A stretch of DNA of 58,532 nucleotides from a virus (lineage: Duplodnaviria > Caudoviricetes), in the IMG/VR virus record IMGVR_UViG_3300028920_000078, positions 1 to 58,532 of that record; one strand, given 5' to 3'. Each line of letters begins with the position of its first letter. Positions within the stretch are counted from its first letter, which is position 1. Made by a program: the position numbers and the translations under genes. Under the pieces are notes generated by a model that made no database searches, was not told where the DNA came from, and worked only from the letters and a program-made list of their open reading frames with translations. Positions 37,578-47,288 of this stretch are shown piece by piece.

Positions 37578-37579
37578 AT

Positions 37580-38032
37580 ATGGGAGATTCGTACTATGAA
37601 CAGGCACAAAAACCGTCAAAAGAAATAAAGTTACCTGAATTGGATACAGTAACTTATCAATATCCCGCAAATCCAACTGTGGTAGAGCATACATATCCAG
37701 AATTTACTTGTGTATGTCCGAAAACAGGACTACCTGATTTCGCAAATGTTACCATAAAATATATACCAACCAATAAAATAATAGAATTGAAATCATTCAA
37801 ACTATACATGGTAGCATTTAGAAACATTGGAATTTTTCACGAACATTTCACAAACAGGATATTGGATGACTTTATAAAAGTAACAAAACCTCTATGTGCA
37901 GAGATTATAGTGAATGTGGCGAATAGAGGTGGAGTATATACCACAGTTCAAAGAGAATATAAATCAAAAGACTTTATTGAATTAGGACCAACATCTCAAA
38001 TATTCCATCAATGGATGGAAAGGAGGATTTAA
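37580..38032 (+). CDS. queF: NADPH-dependent preQ0 reductase (unimodular)
   Basis: PEFT..CP.TG.PDF, QueF motif ELKSFKLY, FHE, RGG. Confidence 0.9.
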   Translation: MGDSYYEQAQKPSKEIKLPELDTVTYQYPANPTVVEHTYPEFTCVCPKTGLPDFANVTIKYIPTNKIIELKSFKLYMVAFRNIGIFHEHFTNRILDDFIKVTKPLCAEIIVNVANRGGVYTTVQREYKSKDFIELGPTSQIFHQWMERRI

Positions 38033-38224
38033 ATGGAAAATAAAATGGAAACACTATATAGAATAATGCCAATAATACATAAAAAAAGAAAGCGCGGTTA
38101 TTCATATAGAGACCTTGAATCTTGGTATGGAGGCAAATGGCATCATACAACAATAAGAAAACATTACAGAATATGGCTATCAAATAAAAACATACTTTGG
38201 AAGATAAGAGAAAGATTCTTTTAG
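38033..38224 (+). CDS. Small HTH protein
   Basis: R.RGYSYRDL......HHTTIRK. Confidence 0.5.
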   Translation: MENKMETLYRIMPIIHKKRKRGYSYRDLESWYGGKWHHTTIRKHYRIWLSNKNILWKIRERFF

Positions 38225-38233
38225 GTAGATATA

Positions 38234-39451
38234 ATGAATAATGCGATATTTATTCCAGCCATTGGAATTCAATTCACTAATTACTGGCACTACAATAGGA
38301 CCCTGTTACATAATGGGATAGACTTGAAATTTTTCTCTCCCAAATCTGCCTTCCAATATCCATATATGCTCATAACCGCATTTTATGGAATGGACTATAA
38401 AGATAATAACTTTCGTGAAGAAATCGGATATCCAAAAAAGAATAAATTAATGGGAGATAGTGGAGGATTTGAGGCGGCTACAAAAGGAGTTAGACCAAAT
38501 CCAGAAGCTGTTCTCAAATGGTTGGAAGCAAATACGGATTATGCAATGAATTTAGATATACCATATGAGCAGGCCTCAAAAAGATTACCTACTAGAAAGG
38601 AATTCGATTTTTCCTTAAAAGAAAGTGCCAGTAATTTTGAATATTTTGAGAAGCATAGAAAAAATTATGATACTAAATTCTATAATGTTCTGCATGGAGA
38701 ATCTTGGAAATACATGAACGAATGGTATGACAAAGTGAAGCATCATAATTTTGAAAGTTGGGCTATAGGATTAAAACCTCCAGAAGATATATATACTCAG
38801 ATTCTCGGATTTTCTTACCTTTATGAAAAGGGAGCATTGGAGAATTCTGATGGTCTGCATTTTTTTGGAATGAGCGGAACAAAAATTACGCCTGTTATTG
38901 CATATTTAACCAGGAAATATCTCAAAAAAACCACAGTAACGTTCGATAGTTCATCTTACAATGTAGGTGCAATATATAGAGCATATTTTTGCCCGTTCAA
39001 ATCCCCCGGCTTACGCAGATTATTCTTTGGAGAGAAATTTAAAGATGAAAATCCATATATGAAGACACTTCCATGCTTCTGTCCTGTCTGCTCTAAATGT
39101 TCTGTTGAAGACTATATGGCATCTGGAGATTATAGAGGATGTTTAATATCATTGCACAATTTATGGTTAACTATACATTATACAAAATGGGTTAATAGCA
39201 TGATTGGAGACGAATCCAATTTTTCCGAGGATCTTCAAAGAGCCTTTGAATTTGCAGATTTCTGTGTCGAGAAAGGAACAAAGGCGGGATTTGAACACAA
39301 AAAGCCAGAGATTAAACAAGGAAAAAATGCCAATATATTTTCTTTTGATAAAGGGACACCAAAAATATCTGAATTAATGAATGACATGAATAAGGAAAAA
39401 GAAAAGGATTTAGAAAAATTACAAGAGTTAGATATGTGGAATGATATTTAA
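38234..39451 (+). CDS. dpdA: TGT-fold deazaguanine DNA transglycosylase (DpdA-like)
   Basis: DSGGF, NLDIP, VLHG, LHFFG, FDSSS, C.CPVC...HN Zn site; between queF and polB. Confidence 0.8.
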   Translation: MNNAIFIPAIGIQFTNYWHYNRTLLHNGIDLKFFSPKSAFQYPYMLITAFYGMDYKDNNFREEIGYPKKNKLMGDSGGFEAATKGVRPNPEAVLKWLEANTDYAMNLDIPYEQASKRLPTRKEFDFSLKESASNFEYFEKHRKNYDTKFYNVLHGESWKYMNEWYDKVKHHNFESWAIGLKPPEDIYTQILGFSYLYEKGALENSDGLHFFGMSGTKITPVIAYLTRKYLKKTTVTFDSSSYNVGAIYRAYFCPFKSPGLRRLFFGEKFKDENPYMKTLPCFCPVCSKCSVEDYMASGDYRGCLISLHNLWLTIHYTKWVNSMIGDESNFSEDLQRAFEFADFCVEKGTKAGFEHKKPEIKQGKNANIFSFDKGTPKISELMNDMNKEKEKDLEKLQELDMWNDI

Positions 39452-41697
39452 TGTCGCTAATAATGGAACAAGTCGGACAGAGAAATATTTGGATAAAAAG
39501 CAGAGATAAGGATGGAAATCCTTCTGTCAGGGTTGTGGAAGATTTTATGCCCTATTTTTATGATGATAACAAGAAAAAGATATTTGTGGACAGCCCGGGC
39601 GATATAAAGGAATTAAGAAAAAAATATAAGAAAACGTATGAGGCGGACATAACATACGTCCAAAGATATATTATAGATAGAATGAAGGTTCCATTACCAG
39701 AAGAACCCATTAGAATATGTTATTTTGATATCGAAACAAATAAATGTCTGGATACCAAAGAAACTCCTGAACCTATAATAAGTATCGCATTTTATGATTC
39801 ATTTATGAAAAGATTTGTTGTGTTTGTTTGGAGAGAAGATTTAAAGACTACCAAGGAGAAAATGAAAGTAAAATTTGAGGAATTAGAAATTGATGAAGAT
39901 GTTTCTGTTTACAAATTTAGCACAGAAGAAGATATGTTGAATAAAGTGATAGAGTTTATAGATAGTACAGACCCAGATATTATTGCGGGATGGAATTCAG
40001 GAGGGGAATTTTCGGGCAATCATCCATTTGATTTCCCATACTTATTAAATAGAATGGACAGATTAAATTTGAAGAAGGAGAAATTGAGTCCGCTGAGAAG
40101 AATTAGTATTGAGGAATATTGGAATAGAGTATCTATTAAAGGAAGAATCGCAATAGATTTAAAAGAAGCTTATAAAAAGAGAGAAAGTTCCGTTAGAAAT
40201 TCTCTAGATTTTGTATCAAAAGAAGTATTAGGTAAGAAAAAGTTAGAAATTGAAATGAAAGATATATGGAAAGATATAGACAATCTGGTAAAATATAATA
40301 TTGTAGATGTATATCTAACCAAAGAAATAGATGAAAACAAAAAGCTAATTGAAGGATTTAATAATCTTAGAAGAATTACAGGATGCGTCTGGAGCGGTCT
40401 AGTTCATGAGTCTATGATAACAGATTCTCTAATACTAAAAGAAGCAAAAAGAAAAGGAATGATACTCCCGACAAAAAAGAAAAATGTGAAGAAAAAATAC
40501 AAGGGAGGATTTGTCCATAAAGTTAATCCTGGATTACATAAGAATGTGGTAGTTATGGATTTGAAATCTCTATATCCTAGTCTAATTTGTCAATTTAATA
40601 TATCTTTTGATACAATAAAGAAGGAAGCCGAAGAAGGAGACATAACTCTAGGTAATGGAGCTATATTTAGACAAGATGTAGAAGGATTGGGACCGTCTAT
40701 CTTGAAAAATTTGTTTATATTGAGACAATTATATAAAGATGAAAGAAAGAAGCATAAAAGACACTCTCCGGAATGGGAAACATATGAATCTCTTCAATAT
40801 GCAACAAAAAGAACAGCAAATGCCCTTTATGGTCAGTATGGAAGCGAAAAGTCTAGATACTATGCCAGCGAGGCGGCAGGAAGCATAACATGGTTGGGAA
40901 GAGAAACTATTCTTTGGACTATTAAATTTGTTGAAGAAAAAGGTCTAAAAGTAATATATGCAGATACAGATTCTGTATTTATAGATTTTAACAAAAAACC
41001 ACAGATAGATGATATAAATTTATTATTAAAGCAGATTAATGAAAGTTACTCGAAGTTCGTCCAAAAGTTTGGCATGTCTGTGAATAGTTATTTGCAGTTA
41101 GATTTTGAGGGTATTTATAGTTCTATCTGGTTTACTAATGCAAAAAAGAGATATGTTGGATGGCTAACAAATGATGGAAATAAAGATATAGAAAGAGAGT
41201 TAAAGGTTAAAGGATTTGAAATGAGAAGAAAGGATCAAAGTATGTATGGAAAGAATATACAGAAAGAAATATTTGAAATGTTATTAGATGAGAAGAACAA
41301 GGAAGAAATTGATAGATATGTACTAAAAAAGAGGGCGGAAATGAAGAAATGTTCCATTACACAAATAGCAATAAGTAAGAGAATAACAAAGGAATTAGAT
41401 AAATATACTAGAAAAAATGCTATTCATAAAGGTGCAGAGTTTGCCAATGAATATTTGGGAGAAAATTTTGGAGCCGGAAGCGAGATGTATTTTATTTATT
41501 GTAATGAGGTAAAGGTAGGAAGTAAATGGTGGCCAATAGAAGCGATATGCTTCTCACATAATAATATACCTGAAGTCAAGGTAGATTGGGAAAAAATGGC
41601 TGAATTAAATATAGACAATAAGGTAGAGAAGATTTATGAGTCTGCGGGATGGAATGCAGCCATAGGTAATACTACTATGGATAAGTGGTTACAATGA
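39451..41697 (+). CDS. polB: Family B DNA polymerase
   Basis: FDIET, FD.PY exonuclease motifs; DLKSLYPS, K..AN..YG, YADTDS, KKRY. Confidence 0.95.
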   Translation: MSLIMEQVGQRNIWIKSRDKDGNPSVRVVEDFMPYFYDDNKKKIFVDSPGDIKELRKKYKKTYEADITYVQRYIIDRMKVPLPEEPIRICYFDIETNKCLDTKETPEPIISIAFYDSFMKRFVVFVWREDLKTTKEKMKVKFEELEIDEDVSVYKFSTEEDMLNKVIEFIDSTDPDIIAGWNSGGEFSGNHPFDFPYLLNRMDRLNLKKEKLSPLRRISIEEYWNRVSIKGRIAIDLKEAYKKRESSVRNSLDFVSKEVLGKKKLEIEMKDIWKDIDNLVKYNIVDVYLTKEIDENKKLIEGFNNLRRITGCVWSGLVHESMITDSLILKEAKRKGMILPTKKKNVKKKYKGGFVHKVNPGLHKNVVVMDLKSLYPSLICQFNISFDTIKKEAEEGDITLGNGAIFRQDVEGLGPSILKNLFILRQLYKDERKKHKRHSPEWETYESLQYATKRTANALYGQYGSEKSRYYASEAAGSITWLGRETILWTIKFVEEKGLKVIYADTDSVFIDFNKKPQIDDINLLLKQINESYSKFVQKFGMSVNSYLQLDFEGIYSSIWFTNAKKRYVGWLTNDGNKDIERELKVKGFEMRRKDQSMYGKNIQKEIFEMLLDEKNKEEIDRYVLKKRAEMKKCSITQIAISKRITKELDKYTRKNAIHKGAEFANEYLGENFGAGSEMYFIYCNEVKVGSKWWPIEAICFSHNNIPEVKVDWEKMAELNIDNKVEKIYESAGWNAAIGNTTMDKWLQ

Positions 41698-42422
41698 AAT
41701 TATCTAAAAGTAAAATGTTGACATATTTGATGTGTCCAAGACAGTTCAAATTTAAATATATACAATATCTTCCACAGAAAAAGAACAAATATATGAAGGC
41801 AGGAATAGAAGTACATGATATATTAGATAAATTTTTCGACAAAATAGATATTTATAAACCTGACTTTTTTGGAACCATGAAAGAAGTGGCAGGAGATATG
41901 TATTTGGAACACCAACAATATTTAGATAATTTCATAAAGTATGAAAGTCAAAGATGGGAATCATTAAAGAATAAAATATGGTACAAGCCTATGAGAAAGG
42001 AGAAAAAGATATTTGAGAAAGATTTCAATGCCATAATAGATAGGGTTGATTATATTCCTGATAATGGATTCTTTTTGATAGATTATAAGACAGGAAACTT
42101 TTACAAGAAGAAATGGGAAGAAGCAAGATTTGAATTGACATTTTATGCATATTTGTTTGCCAGAAAGTATCATAGGCCAATATGGAAAATTGGAATTATG
42201 GCATTAAAGACAGGCAAAATGTTCGAAGAAGAGTTAACCAAGGCTCACTATGATGAAATGTTTAGAATTGTTGAATGGGTGAAAAAAAGAATTGGAAATG
42301 AAGAATATCATCCAAAACCAGGAAGTATGTGTTATTGGTGTGACTATAGAGAAATATGTGAAGAACTCAGAAAAAGTGAAAAGAAAAAAGACTTATTTGA
42401 TGATTGGGAGATAGACAAATGA
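41694..42422 (+). CDS. Cas4/AddB-like PD-(D/E)XK exonuclease
   Basis: CPRQ, G..VH, IDRVD, IDYKTG, CYWC.Y..IC. Confidence 0.85.
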   Translation: MKLSKSKMLTYLMCPRQFKFKYIQYLPQKKNKYMKAGIEVHDILDKFFDKIDIYKPDFFGTMKEVAGDMYLEHQQYLDNFIKYESQRWESLKNKIWYKPMRKEKKIFEKDFNAIIDRVDYIPDNGFFLIDYKTGNFYKKKWEEARFELTFYAYLFARKYHRPIWKIGIMALKTGKMFEEELTKAHYDEMFRIVEWVKKRIGNEEYHPKPGSMCYWCDYREICEELRKSEKKKDLFDDWEIDK

Positions 42423-43447
42423 TACAGAAGGGAAATGCTACAGAAAAGATATTTGGTACTTTTCCTAGGGAATTTGGAAAGCATAGGTCTTTTATTACCA
42501 ATAAAACAGATTTCTATTATATGGCAAATAAATATAATGGATTTATGAATTTATATGCTTCAATATATTCTATTCCAGAAAAAAGAAATTATCGTGATGC
42601 TATCGTCGATAAATTATACTTTGATTTAGATAATATGCAGATGGTAACATACATCAATCCAAGATGCTGGTTGGCCACCAAACGATTACACTTCTATCTA
42701 AAAGATAAAAAGTTAAAGCATATGGCATTTCTGACTGGAAGGGGATTCAATGTTTTTATATTTACCGAAATTAAAAAATTATATAATCCAAAAGAAGCCA
42801 TCAAGAATGCACAAGAATATATAGCACAAGAATCAGAACTAAAGATAGGAGGATGTCAGAAATCTGATATAGATGAGCATATAATTGGAGATATTGCAAG
42901 AATTACTAGAATTCCAAATACATGGAATTTGAAAGCAAAAAGATTCTGTATTCCTTTAATTGAAGATGACTTCTATAAAAGTTATGATGAGATTTGTATG
43001 ATAGCAGAAAAACAGCGATTCAAATTTGAAGTTTTTGGAAACAAACTATTAGACCTAGCTGGATTTGATTCTTTAAAGTCTAATGAAGAAATAGAATGTT
43101 TAGAAGATTTTGACGTTCCAGAAGGTTGTGATTTTGAGATTTATATAAAAATGTTACCGCCTGTAATACAAAGGCTACTGATTACAACAAAATGCGGATG
43201 GAGAGATAGATATTTAACAATATTGGCTATAAAAGAAATAGGATTACCTAAAAGTCTATGCAATAAAATATGTCAGAAATATTGGACACCACAAAAATAT
43301 AGACACGCCGTAAGAGATGAGCACCAAATTGATTATATTTATAGAAGGGAAAATTTGATGTTTCCAAATTGGAGTACAATAATTCATGAAGGATATGAGG
43401 TAACTAAAAAAGATTTGGAATTCAAATTTTATAAGGATAGAATATGA
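42419..43447 (+). CDS. Archaeo-eukaryotic primase (PriS-like) with C-terminal accessory domain
   Basis: FPRE, YFDLD, TGRGFN, D.ARITRIPNT.N. Confidence 0.8.
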   Translation: MIQKGNATEKIFGTFPREFGKHRSFITNKTDFYYMANKYNGFMNLYASIYSIPEKRNYRDAIVDKLYFDLDNMQMVTYINPRCWLATKRLHFYLKDKKLKHMAFLTGRGFNVFIFTEIKKLYNPKEAIKNAQEYIAQESELKIGGCQKSDIDEHIIGDIARITRIPNTWNLKAKRFCIPLIEDDFYKSYDEICMIAEKQRFKFEVFGNKLLDLAGFDSLKSNEEIECLEDFDVPEGCDFEIYIKMLPPVIQRLLITTKCGWRDRYLTILAIKEIGLPKSLCNKICQKYWTPQKYRHAVRDEHQIDYIYRRENLMFPNWSTIIHEGYEVTKKDLEFKFYKDRI

Positions 43448-43781
43448 AAAGAGGAAGAAAGCCAACTTGTGATTGTGGTATATGTAAGAAGTGTATTCAA
43501 AGAGAATATTCTAGAAAATACAGAGAAAGACATGAGGTGAAAAAAGAACAAAAATTTGAGAAAAAGAAAGAACCAAAAAAGATAGTCAAAAGACATCAAA
43601 GAGAAATTACAAGAATTTTGGTTATTAATGATATAGGAATTCCCATAAAAACAAATTGCCACATAGAAGGATTTCGTACCGTAATTGTTAATGTAAGTCT
43701 AGGAAGCCCTGATGAACCTTTCGAGAAACAGCAATATCATGACATTAATAAGTTAGATAGAAGAATGGTGAAAAATTTAAT

Positions 43782-44210
43782 ATGCTAATATATATAGGAG
43801 GAAGGGGCAAACATGGAAAGTTTGGCGGGAAGTATGGATATATTAAGTATGATAAAAATTTGAAATTGAGCGAACAGAAATATAAGATATTCAAAAATGA
43901 GAACATAAAGAATAATGAAGCAGATTATATGGCATTGATTAAATATTTAGAAACAATGAAAGAAGATGAATCTGCATACATTATGACAAATAATATGTTG
44001 CTGGAGAAACATTTCAATGAGAAATGGAAGATTAAAGAAAAGAGGTTAAGGGATCTATTACAAATGTCTAAATCAATATGTATATTGAAGCGACTGAAAC
44101 TCAATGTTTGTTGGATTCCAAGAAAATATAATAAGATGGTGTTGATACTTGAAAAAGAAAATGATAAAGTTTCATTTAACAGGAAAAAAGAGAACAATAA
44201 TCCAAATTAG
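43782..44210 (+). CDS. RNase HI-fold protein with degenerate active site
   Basis: IYIGG, NNEADYMALI, TNNMLL...N.KWKIK, WIPR.YN. Confidence 0.6.
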   Translation: MLIYIGGRGKHGKFGGKYGYIKYDKNLKLSEQKYKIFKNENIKNNEADYMALIKYLETMKEDESAYIMTNNMLLEKHFNEKWKIKEKRLRDLLQMSKSICILKRLKLNVCWIPRKYNKMVLILEKENDKVSFNRKKENNNPN

Positions 44211-44589
44211 ACAAATTAGAAAATATTATATTTGGTTACACAAATTAAAGAAGCCTAGAAATTGGACTAACAAATATATACATTTCCAAAGAATATATGG
44301 ATTGGGAGAAGGGCAATTAGGATTCATAAAAAATATAGCGAATATAACAGGAGTAGTAAATATATTGAATTTTGTCAAGCTATATTTTCCTGAATATGCA
44401 AGTAACTTTCTCTCGGTAACTCCGATTATAGTGATATCATATATAGTAATTGGATACATGATGGGAACAATTTTAGATAAGAAACTAAAGATGGTAGATA
44501 AGGTTAGAGGATGGGACAACAAACGAGATCCTGCAACAAGAGAAATATTGCATAGATTGAGAAGACTTGATAGAGGAAAGGTGAATTAA
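44149..44589 (+). CDS. Membrane protein
   Basis: Hydrophobic central helices. Confidence 0.45.
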   Translation: MKKKMIKFHLTGKKRTIIQIRQIRKYYIWLHKLKKPRNWTNKYIHFQRIYGLGEGQLGFIKNIANITGVVNILNFVKLYFPEYASNFLSVTPIIVISYIVIGYMMGTILDKKLKMVDKVRGWDNKRDPATREILHRLRRLDRGKVN

Positions 44590-45287
44590 TGTTTTATGTA
44601 GACAGTAGAGAACCCGAACAGATAATAAGAAAAGTCAAAAAGTCTGGTGAAAAGTTTGAAGTTAAATCTTTGCCAGTAGGAGACTTTGTGAAGGGTGATG
44701 TATGTATAGAAAGGAAACATATAGAAGATTTTGTGAATTCTATTCAGAGTGGTCATTTACAGAAGCAACTTCTACAGATGGAAGATAATTTCAAAAGACC
44801 ATATCTTATAATAAGTGGAGATAGAGAGAGTCTTAAATGGAATCTGCATTATAGGAAGTGGACCGTTTCTCATCATAATGGAGCTTTGGCTCATTTAACT
44901 AGATATCCCAAATTAAAAGTGTTCCAGGTTCCCAATGATAACCAATTAGTAGATTTAGTTATTAGAATAATGAAGAAAAGTTTTGACGGTAAGGTAGTTA
45001 GTATTATGGATACAGAACTATTGCGAAATTCAGTTTCATCTGATGATATTAAAACTAGAATGATTTGTGCCATTCCGGGAATTGGATTTGAAAAGGCCAA
45101 ATTATTGAGACAGAGAATAAATATACTTCTATTAAATGAAGAATGTGATATCTGTAAAATTAAAGATATAGCAAGACTTTCCGGATTTGGAGATTCAACA
45201 GCGAAAAAGATATTGAAGATACATCTATTGCTTCCTAAATCAAAACAAGAAATTAGAAAGACTATTGCTAGAAGCATAAAGCTTTAA
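44589..45287 (+). CDS. ERCC4/XPF-family nuclease with HhH motifs (putative resolvase)
   Basis: VDSRE, L.VGDF, IERK..DF..S, IPGIG..KA, GFG..TA. Confidence 0.88.
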   Translation: MFYVDSREPEQIIRKVKKSGEKFEVKSLPVGDFVKGDVCIERKHIEDFVNSIQSGHLQKQLLQMEDNFKRPYLIISGDRESLKWNLHYRKWTVSHHNGALAHLTRYPKLKVFQVPNDNQLVDLVIRIMKKSFDGKVVSIMDTELLRNSVSSDDIKTRMICAIPGIGFEKAKLLRQRINILLLNEECDICKIKDIARLSGFGDSTAKKILKIHLLLPKSKQEIRKTIARSIKL

Positions 45288-45441
45288 TTTGAGCATATAA
45301 AATCATGCAAAATGCTTTCAAAACCATTAAAAATTTTAATGATTCTTTAATACTGGAGTATTACTACTTAGAAAATTTTGTGCAGTTTTAGAATGTAATT
45401 TCAAATAAATCAAAATGCCTCATATCATCAGCAATCTTAAT

Positions 45442-45741
45442 CTATATAAAATTCAACCATTTAAGGACGCCTTTAATTATATTTGTTCCCCATTCGACAG
45501 CACCAACAGAAGCAAGACTTGCCATTGTGGCATCTATTGACACTTCTGATATTGGCATTCCTGAGTATCCTAAATAAGCTCCAACACATCCCGTGAAGAC
45601 CATCGTAGGTACAGCCTTTTTCCATTCTACCCCTCTCCAATCAACATTTGGCTTATTTTTTATAATTCCTGTAATGGAAGTTACAGCACCAACACCAAAT
45701 CCTATTGCCGCACTAGTTATCACATCTATAATAATTATCAC
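45442..45741 (-). CDS. Membrane protein, putative holin
   Basis: Multi-TM small protein at the end of the tail operon; GGAGGTGA SD. Confidence 0.5.
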   Translation of the reverse strand: MIIIIDVITSAAIGFGVGAVTSITGIIKNKPNVDWRGVEWKKAVPTMVFTGCVGAYLGYSGMPISEVSIDATMASLASVGAVEWGTNIIKGVLKWLNFI

Positions 45742-45746
45742 CTCCC

Positions 45747-47288
45747 TTATTGTCCCTGCTTTTTGTAAAGTATGCTAGCAGATGTTAATTTTGTGGTGAG
45801 ACTAGCAAAATGAAATTTCGCTATTATCACTTTTCCTCTCTTTGATGATGGAATTTCTACCAAGGTGTCAGGTTCAACATCAACATAGTTAGAACCATCT
45901 GTAGTTATCTCACATCTAAACCATGTCTCTCCCTCATCAGACTTAAAATTGTTTCCTGTTACTTTCAATAATACATGGGTTATTTCTGCATCTTCGGATA
46001 AAGTTTTTGTTTGCGCTTCACCACTACTTTCATTTAGTTGCAACATCAAGGTATTATCCCATACCAAAGTCTTTGTCAGAGAATCTAATTGTGCATCATC
46101 ATTTGGATCATCTCCGCTCTCACCATAATCTGTATCATTAAATGTTATATAATGCGTTCTCGTCATCCCATGTAAATTCTTATTTTGTATTCTTTCCTGT
46201 TCTGTCTTTTTACTTTCTATAATCATTTCCATAATACCTTTCTCTTGTTCTTGATAAGAAATAGAGGTAATAAATCCACTGGCATCAAGAGAATGAGATA
46301 CGTCTACAACTGTCTTAAATTCATTTAATTTAAGAAAAGGATTAATAAGTAATATCTCTTCGCCTGGAACCAATGTAGGCAGACCATAAGATTGACAACT
46401 TCCTTTTTGTTCCATTGTGGAACTTACACTATTCAAATTGGAAGATTTGTTAGATACCTGGTCATAATTTATTAAGTTAGTATCCTCCACCATTGTTTCT
46501 CTAATATTATAAGAAGATTGAGATGTAGAATCATCATCCCTATGTATCAATATATTTCCCAATTCACTAGAACCGACTACCCATGTTCTATTCTTCATTG
46601 ATTGTAAATCACCATCAATATTATTACCGCTAATCATATTTCCTTGATAAATAATACCTAATCCACTAACCACAGTTCCTTTTTGTCGAATATGCCATAC
46701 TTTATTTGAATCAATTCTGAAGGTATGATTACCTCCGGATTCTTGTATGCAATCTCTTATTGCCTGTAGTAATGGTCTTCCATTCCAACTTGGAGTAATA
46801 TTTGTTTGTATCGTATCTATATAAGTATTAGAAGAACTATGTCCTGACGCATATTTATCTCTTAAATATTTGATAACCTCCGAGGTAGATGTTGGTGTCG
46901 CAGAGAAATCTTCGAAAACCAATCTATCAGCCTCACACATATAATCTCTTCCTGAAATCTGCAAATATAATGCTCCATTATTCTCCATTATATATTCAGG
47001 AACTTCAAGACGTCCTTCTATCATCGGATCTCCGGTAAATACATTATCATAATTAATCCAAATTTGTACTACGGAATTTTTGGAAAATGTATCAGTATAT
47101 CTACCATTTCCATTATCTAAAAGAACACTAAACGAACCGACCCGATTGGTACTACCTAAATCTACATGAGAAGAAACAACATGACTAGATACATCTGTAC
47201 CTCCTATAGTAACTTTCCTATATACTTTTCTTTTCGCGAAAGCCCTAGTATCATATATCACTCTAGCAATATTTGTCTTTATTGGCAT
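45747..47288 (-). CDS. Baseplate hub/Tal-like tail protein
   Basis: GSFSVLLDN..G.Y, GR.E, ISGRDY, N...V.G, S...Y.IRE, G.P.L.PG. Confidence 0.7.
   Translation of the reverse strand: MPIKTNIARVIYDTRAFAKRKVYRKVTIGGTDVSSHVVSSHVDLGSTNRVGSFSVLLDNGNGRYTDTFSKNSVVQIWINYDNVFTGDPMIEGRLEVPEYIMENNGALYLQISGRDYMCEADRLVFEDFSATPTSTSEVIKYLRDKYASGHSSSNTYIDTIQTNITPSWNGRPLLQAIRDCIQESGGNHTFRIDSNKVWHIRQKGTVVSGLGIIYQGNMISGNNIDGDLQSMKNRTWVVGSSELGNILIHRDDDSTSQSSYNIRETMVEDTNLINYDQVSNKSSNLNSVSSTMEQKGSCQSYGLPTLVPGEEILLINPFLKLNEFKTVVDVSHSLDASGFITSISYQEQEKGIMEMIIESKKTEQERIQNKNLHGMTRTHYITFNDTDYGESGDDPNDDAQLDSLTKTLVWDNTLMLQLNESSGEAQTKTLSEDAEITHVLLKVTGNNFKSDEGETWFRCEITTDGSNYVDVEPDTLVEIPSSKRGKVIIAKFHFASLTTKLTSASILYKKQGQ

Noticed and set aside
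37580-38032. QueF-like amidinotransferase (archaeosine route)
   Set aside because: The NADPH-binding QueF motif ELKSFKLY is intact, favouring the reductase
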